NCBI GenBank assembly: GCA_964484655.1
Contig: CAZAFA010000001.1
Span: 31,242 to 95,241 of the forward strand
Source of the DNA: an uncultured Candidatus Saccharibacteria bacterium
GTDB lineage: Bacteria; Patescibacteriota; Minisyncoccia; UBA6257; 2-01-FULL-56-20
Reading direction: 5' to 3'
DNA length: 64,000 nucleotides
Shown: piece by piece, positions 28,274-37,943 of the stretch
Layout: each line of letters opens with the position of its first letter
Numbering within the stretch: position 1 is the stretch's first letter
Notes under the pieces: generated by a model
What the model saw: only the letters and a program-made list of their open reading frames with translations
Databases searched by the model: none
What the model was told of the DNA's origin: nothing
Translations under genes and position numbers: made by a program

Positions 28274-28434
28274 CGCAACGAGAGAGTCCGCCGCATGGCG
28301 GGCTCTTTTTGTCATGCCGAGGCATCGCGTGCTATACTTCTCCTTCGATTAGCGGAGGAGTCCGCGAAGGCGTAACCTTTGAGTAGAAAGGCCGTTTCCG
28401 TTTTCCCAAGGCCTTCACCAACCCCTCTTCCCTC

Positions 28435-30264
28435 ATGAGCAAGGAACGGACAAAGAAGCGGACCTCAATCTTCCTGGATACGCTCCGATACACCTTCCGC
28501 CTGTTCGGCATGGTGCGCAGCGAGATCCCGCTCTCGCTCGCGGTCGTGTTCGTGATGTCCGGGCTCGACGCACTCTGGCCGCTCGTCCGCGGCAAGTCGC
28601 AGGAATGGTTGATCGACGCGCTGACGGAGGCGGCGGGCTCGGGTGCCGTGACGCCGCACCTCGAGCTTGTTTTCGGCGTGTTCGCGTTGCTGACCATTTA
28701 CGCGGGCGTCGACGGCTACGTCATCAACTATTTCCGCACCGTGGTCTTCGAGCGCGTCACGGCCAAGACGGATCTCGTGCTGCGCGGCGCCATGGCCCGG
28801 CTCGATGTGGCGCACCTCGAGGATCCGGCCTTCATGGACACGGTGGACAAGGCGTCGGGACAGGGCATCGGCCGCGTCCGGCAGTTCCTGGACAACCAGA
28901 TGAACGTCCTCATCTTCGGCGTGACTGTGATCGCCTCCGCGCTCGCCATCGGGTACCAGAAGTGGTGGCTGCTCCCGGTCCTGGTGGTCGCCACGATTCC
29001 GGAGCTGGCAGTCCGCGGCCGTTTCGCGCGCGAGATCTGGGACCTCCGCACGCGTCAGGCCGAGGTCCAGCGCAAGCTCGGTTTCACCAAGGGCTTCTTC
29101 GGCGGCGTCGCGGGCCTCGTGGAGCTCAAGCTCAACGGCCTGGCGAGGTACATGCTCGACCGCATGCGCGACATGCTCGCGCTGCTGCTCCGCAACGAGC
29201 TGGAGTACACCGGCCGGCAGTCCCGCTCGCTCACGGTCGCCGGCCTGATCGGCTATCTCGGCGTCATCATCGCCCTTGCCGTGTTCGCGCTCGACGTGAT
29301 CAGCGGAGCCATCACGGTCGGCCGACTCGTATTCCTCCTCAGCACCATGGTGGCGTTCCGCGGCACGCTCGCGCAGCTCTTCCGCGCGCTCTCGGCGAAC
29401 TACGAGCATACGCTTTTCCTGCATGACGTCTTCGCCCTGCTCGATGCCGCCCCGCGCGTCCCGCGTCCCGAGCATCCGGTCTCGCTCTCGGGAGACGAGG
29501 TGCCCGAGGTCCGCTTCGAGCAGGTGGGCTTCACTTATCCGGGCAGCGCGAAGCCCGTACTCGAGGACGTGAGCTTCGTCATCAGGCCGGGTGAGAAGGT
29601 CGCGCTCGTCGGCGTGAATGGGGCGGGCAAGACCACGGTCATCAAGCTGCTGTGCCGCTTCTACGACCCGACGTCGGGACGCATCACGGTAGGCGGGACC
29701 GACCTGCGCGAGATCGACCTCGAGTCGTGGTACCGGATGCTCGGAATCCTCTTCCAGGATTTCATCACGTACCGCTCCTTCTCCGTCCGCGAGGCGATCG
29801 GGATAGGGGACGTGAACCGGACCGATCCAGATGCGGTCGCGGGAGCCGCGCGTGCCGCAGAGGCGGACGCATTCATCGAGCGACTTCCCAACCAGTACGG
29901 CCAGATCCTGGGACGCATGTTCAAGGGAGGCACGGAGCTCTCCGGCGGCCAGCAGCAGAAGCTCGCGCTCGCGCGGGTCTTCTACCGCGACCCGGCGATC
30001 TGGGTGCTCGACGAGCCGACGGCGGCCATCGACGCGGAGGCGGAGGCGCATATCTTCGACCGCATCGAGCAGACGCTGGCGGGGAAGTCGGCCATCATCA
30101 TCAGCCACCGGTTCTCGACGGTCCGGAACGCAGACCGTATCCTCGTGCTCAAGGACGGGACGGTCGCGGAGCAGGGGACCCATGAGGAGCTCATGGCCGC
30201 GCCGAGCGACTACGCGCGCCTGTTCACCCTCCAGGCGCGCCGGTACCAGGGGTCGGAAAGCTAG
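28435..30264 (+). CDS. ABC exporter, fused permease/ATPase
   Basis: TMD plus GVNGAGKT, LSGGQQQK, LDEPT. Confidence 0.95.
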   Translation: MSKERTKKRTSIFLDTLRYTFRLFGMVRSEIPLSLAVVFVMSGLDALWPLVRGKSQEWLIDALTEAAGSGAVTPHLELVFGVFALLTIYAGVDGYVINYFRTVVFERVTAKTDLVLRGAMARLDVAHLEDPAFMDTVDKASGQGIGRVRQFLDNQMNVLIFGVTVIASALAIGYQKWWLLPVLVVATIPELAVRGRFAREIWDLRTRQAEVQRKLGFTKGFFGGVAGLVELKLNGLARYMLDRMRDMLALLLRNELEYTGRQSRSLTVAGLIGYLGVIIALAVFALDVISGAITVGRLVFLLSTMVAFRGTLAQLFRALSANYEHTLFLHDVFALLDAAPRVPRPEHPVSLSGDEVPEVRFEQVGFTYPGSAKPVLEDVSFVIRPGEKVALVGVNGAGKTTVIKLLCRFYDPTSGRITVGGTDLREIDLESWYRMLGILFQDFITYRSFSVREAIGIGDVNRTDPDAVAGAARAAEADAFIERLPNQYGQILGRMFKGGTELSGGQQQKLALARVFYRDPAIWVLDEPTAAIDAEAEAHIFDRIEQTLAGKSAIIISHRFSTVRNADRILVLKDGTVAEQGTHEELMAAPSDYARLFTLQARRYQGSES

Positions 30265-30299
30265 CGTTTCCTGCCTCCTGGCCCGGTCCGTCATGCGCA

Positions 30300-30327
30300 T
30301 GTAACCTTAGGCAACCTCTCACGTCAC
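30300..30327 (+). promoter_or_regulatory. ECF-type promoter, probably autoregulatory
   Basis: TGTAAC-16-CGTC immediately upstream of the ECF sigma start codon. Confidence 0.6.
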
Positions 30328-30331
30328 ACTA

Positions 30332-30832
30332 ATGAAGGAAAAGACCAGACAAGCCTTCCTCGCCGCTTACGACGAGCACGCGGACGCCCTCTACCGGCAC
30401 ATCTACTTCCGCCTGCTCGACAAGGGCCAGGCCGAGGAGCTCGTTCAGGAGACCTTCCTCAAGACGTGGCAGTACCTTGAAGCGGGAAACCCGATCGACA
30501 ACCTCCGCCCCTTCCTGTACCGGGTCGCGACCAACCTGATCATCGACTACGTACGGAAGAAGAAGGAGGCCTCGCTCGACGCCGTGCTCGAGGCGAACCC
30601 GCTGGCCGAGCCGGCAGGGACCGACGAGCGCGACGTGGAGCGCCAGGCGCTCCTCCGGGCGGTCAAGGACGCGTTCAGCATCCTCTCGCAGGACGACCGC
30701 GACCTCGTGACCATGCGGTACGTCGACGACATGGACCCGCGCGAGATCGCGCAGATCCTCGATATCACGCCAAACCACGTCTCCGTGAAACTCAACCGCG
30801 CCGTCGCCAAGCTCAAGCAGCATCTCACCTGA
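30332..30832 (+). CDS. ECF sigma factor
   Basis: AEELVQETFLKTW, FLYRVATNLIID, EIAQIL...VSVKLNRA. Confidence 0.95.
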   Translation: MKEKTRQAFLAAYDEHADALYRHIYFRLLDKGQAEELVQETFLKTWQYLEAGNPIDNLRPFLYRVATNLIIDYVRKKKEASLDAVLEANPLAEPAGTDERDVERQALLRAVKDAFSILSQDDRDLVTMRYVDDMDPREIAQILDITPNHVSVKLNRAVAKLKQHLT

Positions 30833-30836
30833 ACCA

Positions 30837-31796
30837 ATGGACAAGCTCCGCTCAACCATCCACGAGGCCTCACGGGCCGTGCATCTCGACCCTCACGTGA
30901 AGGACGGCTTCCGCCGCACCCTCGAGGCGCTCACCGAGACGCCCGCAGTCGCCGCTGCGCCGGCGAGCTTCCGCCTGCCGCGCGCGCTGGCCTGGTCGCT
31001 CGCGGCGTTCGTCGTCGCGAGCACCGGCGCGACCGCGACGTACGCGAGCACGCGCGCGCTGCCCGGCGACGCGCTCTACGCCATGAAGATCGCCGTGGTC
31101 GAGCCGGCCGAGTCCGCGCTCGCGTTCTCCGCAGACGCCAAGGCCGAGGTCGCAGTCGCTCATCTCGAGCGCCGCTTCCAGGAGGCCGCGGCGCTCTCCG
31201 CGCAGGGGACGCTCGACGAGCACGACGAGAGCCTCGCGGAGCTCGCGGCGCGCGACGTCGCCGCCGTGGACCGCGACGACCAGCCGGTAGCCCGGGCCCG
31301 CTTCGAGGCGCTCGCGGCCGCGTACGGCCCTTCGCTGAGCCTGAGTAACAAGACCAAGTCCCGCTTCGCGGTGGCGGTCAGGATCGAGAGCGAGGACGAG
31401 GTCCCGGTTCCCGACTACGTGGCCAAGGCGACGGCCGAGGAGCAGATCGCGATCGCGAAGCAGAAGGGGGACGCCGCGAAGAAGGGCAAGGTTTCGGCCG
31501 CGGTCTCGCTTCGCCTGAAGACCGCAGGCCGGCTCTCCGAGGCCGCGGAGGACCAGCTCGAGAAGGGCTCGTACCAGTCCGCGCTCAAGCTCTCCGGAGC
31601 CGCGGCGCAGGCGGCGCTCGAGGCGCAGCTCTTCTCCCAGGTCTCCTCGAGCACCACGTCGACGGCAGCTACCTCGACGGCGACCACCACCGCGTCCTCG
31701 ACGACCGGCGGCTCCGGCAACGGGGGCGGGAGCTCCAACGCTGGCGGCGGCGCCGGAGGCGGCGTCGGCTCCGTGCTTCGCGGCCTCCTTCACTAG
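30837..31796 (+). CDS. DUF5667-like putative anti-sigma factor
   Basis: Single TM then ALPGDALYAMK...E; Thr/Gly-rich tail; follows ECF sigma. Confidence 0.8.
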   Translation: MDKLRSTIHEASRAVHLDPHVKDGFRRTLEALTETPAVAAAPASFRLPRALAWSLAAFVVASTGATATYASTRALPGDALYAMKIAVVEPAESALAFSADAKAEVAVAHLERRFQEAAALSAQGTLDEHDESLAELAARDVAAVDRDDQPVARARFEALAAAYGPSLSLSNKTKSRFAVAVRIESEDEVPVPDYVAKATAEEQIAIAKQKGDAAKKGKVSAAVSLRLKTAGRLSEAAEDQLEKGSYQSALKLSGAAAQAALEAQLFSQVSSSTTSTAATSTATTTASSTTGGSGNGGGSSNAGGGAGGGVGSVLRGLLH

Positions 31797-31823
31797 GAAC
31801 GGCATCGCGGGTATCCTGAGCTC

Positions 31824-31910
31824 ATGCAGCCGCGCCCGCTGGCCACGGTCCTGGTCATCTTCCTCATCCTCGCCTTCCTGGCGCCGCTCCTCCTGCTGGC
31901 ATTCTCATGA
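31824..31910 (+). CDS. Small 28-aa hydrophobic peptide
   Basis: MQPRPLATVLVIFLILAFLAPLLLLAFS; TATCCT 6 nt upstream; ATGA overlap with dedA. Confidence 0.6.
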   Translation: MQPRPLATVLVIFLILAFLAPLLLLAFS

Positions 31911-32539
31911 GCCTGCTTCACGCGGACCTGCCGCAGCTGATCCAGTGGCTCGGGTACGCCGGCGTCACGTTCATCGTCTTCGCCGAGTCCGGGTTGCTGA
32001 TAGGGTTCATGTTCCCGGGAGACAGCCTGCTGGTGACCGCAGGCCTCCTCGCGTCGCAGGGGTATTTCTCGTATCCGCTGCTCGCGGCGCTCGTCTTCGT
32101 GGCCGCGGTCGCGGGCGACGCGGTGGGCTACACCTTCGGTAGGCGCGTCGGCCGGAGGCTCTTCCGCAGGAAGGGCTCGCTCTTCTTCGATCCCGAGCAT
32201 CTCCGCCGCGCCGAGGAGTTCTACGAGCGGCACGGCGGCAAGGCCATCATCCTCGCGCGCTTCCTGCCGTTCGTGCGCACGTTCGCGCCGATCGTGGCGG
32301 GAATCGGGAAGATGAGCTATCCGCGCTTCGCGTTCTTCAACGTCATCGGGGCCATGCTCTGGGGCGTCGGCCTCTCGTTCCTCGGCTATGTGCTCGGCAA
32401 CACCGTCCCGGGCATCGACCGCTACATCCTGCCGCTGGTCCTCGGCATCATCGTCATCTCCGCCGCGCCGGTGTTCTGGCGCCTGCTCGCAGATCCGCAG
32501 GAGCGGGCGCGCATCTGGGGCCTGATCCGCCGTCGCTAG
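31907..32539 (+). CDS. dedA: DedA family membrane protein
   Basis: FAESGL...PGDSLL, ARFLPFVRTFAP. Confidence 0.93.
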   Translation: MSLLHADLPQLIQWLGYAGVTFIVFAESGLLIGFMFPGDSLLVTAGLLASQGYFSYPLLAALVFVAAVAGDAVGYTFGRRVGRRLFRRKGSLFFDPEHLRRAEEFYERHGGKAIILARFLPFVRTFAPIVAGIGKMSYPRFAFFNVIGAMLWGVGLSFLGYVLGNTVPGIDRYILPLVLGIIVISAAPVFWRLLADPQERARIWGLIRRR

Positions 32540-32580
32540 TTGCCGGGAGGGGAGCGCTTCGGTACCATCTGGCGCGTACC

Positions 32581-32651
32581 GGGCCTGTAGTTAAGTGGTA
32601 TAACGCGGCATTCGCATTGCTGAGGCGGGAGTTCGATTCTCCCCAGGTCCA
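32581..32651 (+). tRNA. tRNA-Ala(CGC)
   Basis: G3:U70 pair, CGGCA-TTCGCAT-TGCTG. Confidence 0.92.
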
Positions 32652-32777
32652 CCCGACGTTGCTCGCTGCATCGAGGAGCGGCTGTACACAGGCGAGGAGG
32701 GCAGGCCTGATATACTTATTCCGAGGGGCGGTCCAGCGCGACCTCCCGGTCAACACTCAGAAATCCCTTCTATCCTT

Positions 32778-33461
32778 ATGTTCTTCACTTCACTCGCCGA
32801 CGGGCTGGCGAACTCCCTCGCGAGCCTCTGGCTGGGAATCGCGTCATTCCTCCCGAGCCTCTTCGGGGCGATCCTCATCCTCATCGTCGGCCTCATCGTG
32901 GCCGCAGCTCTCGGCTCGATCGTGGAGCGCGTCCTCGACGCACTCAAGATCGACCGCGCGCTCGGCCGCGCAGGCGTTGACACGCACGTGACCCGCGGCG
33001 GCCTCCGCCTCCGCGCCGCGTACCTCTGCGGACAGATCGTGCGCTGGTTCTTCATCGTCGTCTTCGTGCTCGCCGCGGCTGACACGCTCGGCATGTACGC
33101 CCTGACAGCGTTCCTCCGCGACGTGCTCGCGTACATCCCGAACGTCATCGTCGCCGCGCTCATCCTCGTGGCCTCGCTCGCGATCGCGAACATCCTCGCG
33201 CGCCTCGTCGCCGCCTCGACGACCGCAGCCCGCCTCTCCGGCGCCGGCGTCCTGAGCACGATCACCTGGTGGTCCATCGTGCTGTTCGGCATCTTCGCCG
33301 CGCTGCTGCAGCTGAACGTTGCCGCCGCGATCATCCAGACCCTCGTCACCGGCGTGATCGCGATGCTCGCGCTCGCCGGCGGCCTCGCCTTCGGCCTGGG
33401 CGGCCGCAGCTACGCCGAGCACCTGCTCGACAAGCTCCGCCGCCGCACGGAGGGCCAGTAG
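32778..33461 (+). CDS. CmpX-like / MscS-associated TM-helix repeat protein
   Basis: Repeated FLPSLFGAILIL / YIPNVIVAALIL, LAFGLGGR. Confidence 0.8.
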   Translation: MFFTSLADGLANSLASLWLGIASFLPSLFGAILILIVGLIVAAALGSIVERVLDALKIDRALGRAGVDTHVTRGGLRLRAAYLCGQIVRWFFIVVFVLAAADTLGMYALTAFLRDVLAYIPNVIVAALILVASLAIANILARLVAASTTAARLSGAGVLSTITWWSIVLFGIFAALLQLNVAAAIIQTLVTGVIAMLALAGGLAFGLGGRSYAEHLLDKLRRRTEGQ

Positions 33462-33586
33462 TCGGCTCCTCCGCCACGCAACGCGCCGCCTCGGGCGGCG
33501 CGTTGCGTTTGACGGCGTGCCGCTCGCTGGCGCACTCTTTATGCAGCGGATTCGTCCGTTGATATCAGATGAAGGAGGTGACGGCT

Positions 33587-34135
33587 ATGATCCGTCCACT
33601 GCTCGCGTGCATCGCGCTCTGCATTGGAGCGCAGCACTCATGGGCTTTCTGCCCGACGCCGGATTCCTACGGAACCGACGAGAACCCGCCGACGGTGTCG
33701 CTCGCCGCCACCGAACGGTCCAATGCGTTCGCGATCGTCGTGCGCACGGACAAGCCGGTCTGCCTGGTCACGCTCGAGGTGGTGACGCAAGGGTCGCGCT
33801 CGCCCTTCGCGCTCCTCTCCGGCGCCCCGACCGAGACGTCGAACGCGCGCGCCCGGACCGTTGCCGGCATATCCCGGTACTCGTTCCTGGTGCTTTCCTG
33901 GCTGCCCGCCGGCGAGACCCGTTACCAGCTCTGGTTCGGCAACGGGCAGACGTACGTCGCCCTGGACGGCCAGCAGCTTCTCTGGAAGCGCGAGGGGAGC
34001 CTCGCCCTTCCGGCGAAGCTCGCTGGCGGCACCTGGGGCGTACTCCAGACTCCCGTGCGCCGGAAGGCCACGAAGTCCAGGAACAAGCCCGCGCAGGCCA
34101 CCAAAGCGACGAAAGCCAAGAAACGACGCCCCTGA
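33587..34135 (+). CDS. Hypothetical secreted protein with basic tail
   Basis: SD AAGGAGGTG, signal peptide, Lys/Arg-rich C-terminus. Confidence 0.65.
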   Translation: MIRPLLACIALCIGAQHSWAFCPTPDSYGTDENPPTVSLAATERSNAFAIVVRTDKPVCLVTLEVVTQGSRSPFALLSGAPTETSNARARTVAGISRYSFLVLSWLPAGETRYQLWFGNGQTYVALDGQQLLWKREGSLALPAKLAGGTWGVLQTPVRRKATKSRNKPAQATKATKAKKRRP

Positions 34136-34247
34136 CCGGGCGTCGTTCGCGTAATGCGAGGCGGCGCGGCCCGTCATATATCACGTGGACCCGTCCTCGG
34201 GATCAGTCCCCCGAGGCTCTCCACAGCATCCAGCGCTAATCGAGTCC

Positions 34248-34499
34248 ATGAAGCATTTTCTCGTATCTCTACTCGCTGCGCTCGGCATCGTGGCACTTCC
34301 GGTGCTCGCTGCAGCGGCGACGTACAAGTATGTCGATTGCACGGGCAACGTGCGCATGGTGAACGCGGACAACGAGATGGCCGCGCTCGCACTTGCGCCC
34401 GATATCGCCATCAACTCCGGCGTCATCCTCGCTGATGCCGCGGAGGAGATTCCGGTAGGTACGGACGTCTCTGGCGTGCCTGCGGTCTGCGTGCGATAG
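34248..34499 (+). CDS. Small secreted hypothetical protein
   Basis: Signal peptide; TYKYVDCTGNV; terminator 34518-34551. Confidence 0.65.
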   Translation: MKHFLVSLLAALGIVALPVLAAAATYKYVDCTGNVRMVNADNEMAALALAPDIAINSGVILADAAEEIPVGTDVSGVPAVCVR

Positions 34500-34553
34500 C
34501 ATCCAGGCCCGACATACGAAAGGACCCCGCTTGGTGCGGGGTCCTTTCGTTAG

Positions 34554-34874
34554 GCGGCGTCCTGGTAAGCGGGATTCTGTCGCGCGAGCGCGGGCAGCAA
34601 TCTGTCTGGGATCATCGTCGCCGATGACCTCAAGCGGCACTCCGGCTTGCGCCGGCACGGCCTTGCACCCGGTAAGGATTTAGCCGTTTCACCCCGGCGG
34701 TCTCCCGCCGGACTGTCCCCGAGGGGACCCGGAGGCATTTCTGCTCCGGCGTCTCTGTTCGCACCTCTCGCGTTGCCGCGGCGGGCCGTTAGCCCGTACC
34801 TTTTTGACTCGATGAAGAGTGGGTGTCCCGACTTTCCTCTGGAGCGGAACTCCAGCTGCTGCCTCGGACGCCGC
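34554..34874 (-). ncRNA. rnpB: RNase P RNA
   Basis: Reverse strand has GAGGAAAGTC near the 5' end, ACAGAATCCCGCTTA near the 3' end, P1 GCGGCGTCC/GGACGCCGC. Confidence 0.93.
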
Positions 34875-34911
34875 GCTGGCAGTCTGTCAGCTTTGGCTCG
34901 CGATGCAAGGC

Positions 34912-35397
34912 TCAGGCCTTCTCCTCCAGGTCGTTGCGGAGCGCGTGATTGCTCAGGCCGGTCACGCGCAGCAGGTAGATCGTCAGCGACATGAGGAGCG
35001 CCGCGAGCGTCGCGAACTGCCAGAGGCCGAGGCCCGCGAGGATGCCGATGCCGGCGGTGCTCCAGATGAGCGCCGCGGTGGTGAGGCCCTGCACATGGTG
35101 GTTCTCCTTCATGATGATGCCGCCGCCGATGAAGCCGATGCCGACGACGATGTTGGCGATGAGGTTGAAGGCCGTCGACTCAGCCGCGAAGTTCGCAGCG
35201 GCCGCGGCGGAGTCGGTCATGAGGTAGGGGATGGAGATCGCGACGAGCGTGAACAGACACGCGCCGCCGGCCACGAGCATGGACGTCTTGATGCCCGCGT
35301 CCTTGCGGATGACCTCGCGCTCGAAGCCCATGACGACGCCGAGCGCGAGCGCCACCATGAGGCGCACCAGCATTTGCGAGACCGTGAGCAGTTCCAT
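34912..35397 (-). CDS. MgtC/SapB family membrane protein
   Basis: GFERE...AGIKT, IVVGIGFIGGG, GLTTAALIW. Confidence 0.92.
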   Translation of the reverse strand: MELLTVSQMLVRLMVALALGVVMGFEREVIRKDAGIKTSMLVAGGACLFTLVAISIPYLMTDSAAAAANFAAESTAFNLIANIVVGIGFIGGGIIMKENHHVQGLTTAALIWSTAGIGILAGLGLWQFATLAALLMSLTIYLLRVTGLSNHALRNDLEEKA

Positions 35398-35418
35398 AGA
35401 CTGCATTGTACCAAAGGC

Positions 35419-36807
35419 ATGCGCACGCTCATAAAGGCTGCTCCCGGCAAGGTGGGCGAGGACGTGCTCCTCCAGGGCTGGGTGGATACCCGGCGGGACC
35501 ACGGCAAGGTCTCCTTCATCGACCTCCGGGACCGCACGGGCATCGTGCAGGTCGTGCTCACGCCCGACATCGCGGGCGCGGACGAGCTCCGGACGGAGAG
35601 CGCCGTGGAGATCCAGGGGCACGTGAAGGCCCGTCCGGAGAAGCTCGTCAACGACAAGATGCCGGACCGCCTCGGCACGATCGAGATCGAGGCGCGTGCG
35701 GTGCGCGTCCTCGGTCCAGCCGAGGTCATGCCGATCGCCGTCACCACGGACGGCTACGAGATCGGCGAGGAGAGCAGGATGAAGTTCCGCTACCTCGACC
35801 TGCGCCGTCCGCGCCTGCAGCGGAACCTGCGCATGCGCCACGCGGTCATCAAGGGCATCCGCGACTTCCTCAGCGAGCGCGACTTCATCGAGGTGGAGAC
35901 GCCGAATCTCACGAACCCCACGCCGGAGGGCGCGCGCGACTACCTCGTGCCGAGCCGCCTGCAGCCCGGCTCCTTCTACGCGCTGCCGCAGTCCCCGCAA
36001 CAGTTCAAGCAGCTCCTCATGGTCGCCGGGCTCGAGCGCTACTTCCAGATCGCGCGCTGCTTCCGCGACGAGGACACGCGCGGCGACCGCCAGGCCGAGT
36101 TCACGCAGCTCGACCTCGAGATGAGCTTCGTCGACCAGGAGGACGTCATGAACCTCAACGAGGCGCTCCTGATCCATCTCGTCGAGACGCTCTTCCCCGA
36201 GAAGCGCATCCAGGAGACCCCGTTTCCGCGCCTGACCTACGCCGAAGCGATGGACCAGTACGGCTCGGACCGTCCGGACCTGCGCACGGACAAGAGCGAC
36301 CCGGACCTGCTCGCGTTCTGCTGGATCGTGGACTTCCCGATGTTCGAGAAGGACGACGCGGGCGGCTGGACCTTCACGCATAACCCGTTCTCTGCCGCGC
36401 AGCCCGCGTACCAGCAGAACCTCGCCAACGGCGCCGACGTCGGGCAGATCCTCGCCGCGCAGTACGACGTGGTGCTCAACGGCTACGAGATCGGCGGCGG
36501 CAGCGTCCGTAACCACAAGCCGGAGCTCCTCCGTGCCGTCCTGCGCATCATGGGCTACGAGGACGAGCGCATCGACGCCGACTTCGGCCACATGCTCGAG
36601 GCGCTCGGGTACGGCGCGCCGCCGCACGGCGGCATCGCGTGGGGCCTGGACCGCCTCGTCATGCTCCTGCTCGGCGAGCCGAACATCCGCGAGGTCATGG
36701 CGTTCCCGAAGACGGGGGACGGCCGCGACCTCATGGCCGGCGCTCCGGTCCCGGTGCCGAAGGAGCGCCTCGACGACCTCGGCCTCAAGCTCGTGGACAA
36801 GAAGTAG
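35419..36807 (+). CDS. aspS: Aspartyl-tRNA synthetase, short form, probably non-discriminating
   Basis: RRDHG, FRYLDLRR, ALPQSPQ, CFRDED, PPHGGIAWGLDR; 462 aa. Confidence 0.95.
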   Translation: MRTLIKAAPGKVGEDVLLQGWVDTRRDHGKVSFIDLRDRTGIVQVVLTPDIAGADELRTESAVEIQGHVKARPEKLVNDKMPDRLGTIEIEARAVRVLGPAEVMPIAVTTDGYEIGEESRMKFRYLDLRRPRLQRNLRMRHAVIKGIRDFLSERDFIEVETPNLTNPTPEGARDYLVPSRLQPGSFYALPQSPQQFKQLLMVAGLERYFQIARCFRDEDTRGDRQAEFTQLDLEMSFVDQEDVMNLNEALLIHLVETLFPEKRIQETPFPRLTYAEAMDQYGSDRPDLRTDKSDPDLLAFCWIVDFPMFEKDDAGGWTFTHNPFSAAQPAYQQNLANGADVGQILAAQYDVVLNGYEIGGGSVRNHKPELLRAVLRIMGYEDERIDADFGHMLEALGYGAPPHGGIAWGLDRLVMLLLGEPNIREVMAFPKTGDGRDLMAGAPVPVPKERLDDLGLKLVDKK

Positions 36808-37344
36808 ATGCTCCGGTTCGTCACCGGCAACCGCAACAAGCTCGAGGAGGCGCGCAGCGTCATCCCGGACCTCGAGCAGCTCGACCTGGACCTGCCCGAG
36901 ATCCAGGAGGTCGACCCGCAGGCGGTGATCGAGGCGAAGCTCCAGGCTGCGCTCGCGCAGCACCAGGCCGGAATCGTCGTCGAGGACACGTCGCTGTTTG
37001 TCGACTCGCTGAAGGGCTTGCCCGGGCCCTTGATCAAGTGGTTCGAGAAGACCGTCGGGTACGACGGTCTCGCGCGCATGGCCGCAGCCTCCGGCGACGC
37101 CGCTGCAGAGGCGCGCGTCACGCTCGGTTACGCCGATGAGTCAGGCAACATCTCGTACTTCTCGGGTTCGATTCGCGGCACGATCGTGCCGTCGCGCGGC
37201 GAGGGCTTCGGCTGGGACGTCATCTTCCAGCCCGAAGGGGAGACCCGCACCTTCGCCGAGATGCCTATCGAGGAGAAGAACGCTATGAGCATGCGGAAGA
37301 TCGCATTCGAGAAGCTGAAGGAGGCATTGGGTAGACGGAGCTGA
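36808..37344 (+). CDS. rdgB: Non-canonical purine NTP pyrophosphatase (Ham1/ITPase)
   Basis: TGNRNK, EDTSL, LPGPLIKW, GFGWD, EKNAMS. Confidence 0.9.
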   Translation: MLRFVTGNRNKLEEARSVIPDLEQLDLDLPEIQEVDPQAVIEAKLQAALAQHQAGIVVEDTSLFVDSLKGLPGPLIKWFEKTVGYDGLARMAAASGDAAAEARVTLGYADESGNISYFSGSIRGTIVPSRGEGFGWDVIFQPEGETRTFAEMPIEEKNAMSMRKIAFEKLKEALGRRS

Positions 37345-37391
37345 CAATCTTGGGTCGTCCGCTATACTCGCTAGGCTCAATAACGAAAACT

Positions 37392-37904
37392 ATGCACAAG
37401 CCACAACGCACCCTCATCCTTCTCAAGCCCGATGCCGTCCAGCGCGGCATCGTTGGCGAGGTCCTGACGCGCTTCGAGCGCGTCGGCGCATCCATGATCG
37501 GCATGAAGCTTCTCGTATCCGACAAGGACACTGCGATGAAGCATTACACGGACGATCTTGCGCAGCGTCGCGGCGAAGCGGTGCGTAACCAAATGATCGA
37601 GATGCTGACATCCGGTCCGGTCGTCGCGCTAGCGCTCGAGGGCATCGACATCGTCGAGGTAGTGCGGAAGATGGTAGGCGCGACCGAGCCGAAGTCGGCA
37701 GCACCGGGAACCATCCGCGGCGATTTCGCTCACGTCTCGTACGCGCAGGCGGACGCAAGCGGCAAAGGTATATTCAACCTGATCCATGCTTCAGGAACGC
37801 CCGATGAAGCAGAGATCGAGATCGGAGTCTGGTTCAAGCCGGAAGAGCTTGTCAGCCATAAGCCTGGATACGCTCAGCATACTATCCATCAGTACTACTC
37901 GTGA
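37392..37904 (+). CDS. ndk: Nucleoside diphosphate kinase
   Basis: LLKPDAVQR, PGTIRGDF, NLIHAS. Confidence 0.95.
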   Translation: MHKPQRTLILLKPDAVQRGIVGEVLTRFERVGASMIGMKLLVSDKDTAMKHYTDDLAQRRGEAVRNQMIEMLTSGPVVALALEGIDIVEVVRKMVGATEPKSAAPGTIRGDFAHVSYAQADASGKGIFNLIHASGTPDEAEIEIGVWFKPEELVSHKPGYAQHTIHQYYS

Positions 37905-37938
37905 TAAGAAAAGACCCGGGGGAGCCGGGTCTTTTCTT
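37905..37938. terminator. Bidirectional terminator between ndk and prfA
   Basis: TAAGAAAAGACCCGG...CCGGGTCTTTTCTTA. Confidence 0.85.
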
Positions 37939-37943
37939 ATGTC

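Noticed and set aside
31650-31770. Repeat-like Thr/Ser/Gly-coding tract
   Set aside because: Low-complexity protein tail of the anti-sigma candidate, not a DNA repeat
32581-32651. Possible tmRNA end
   Set aside because: Forms a complete tRNA cloverleaf with an anticodon arm (Ala CGC)
34819-35418. AspRS N-terminal extension and the 683-aa MgtC ORF
   Set aside because: Open-frame run-ons across divergent genes and rnpB; not fusions
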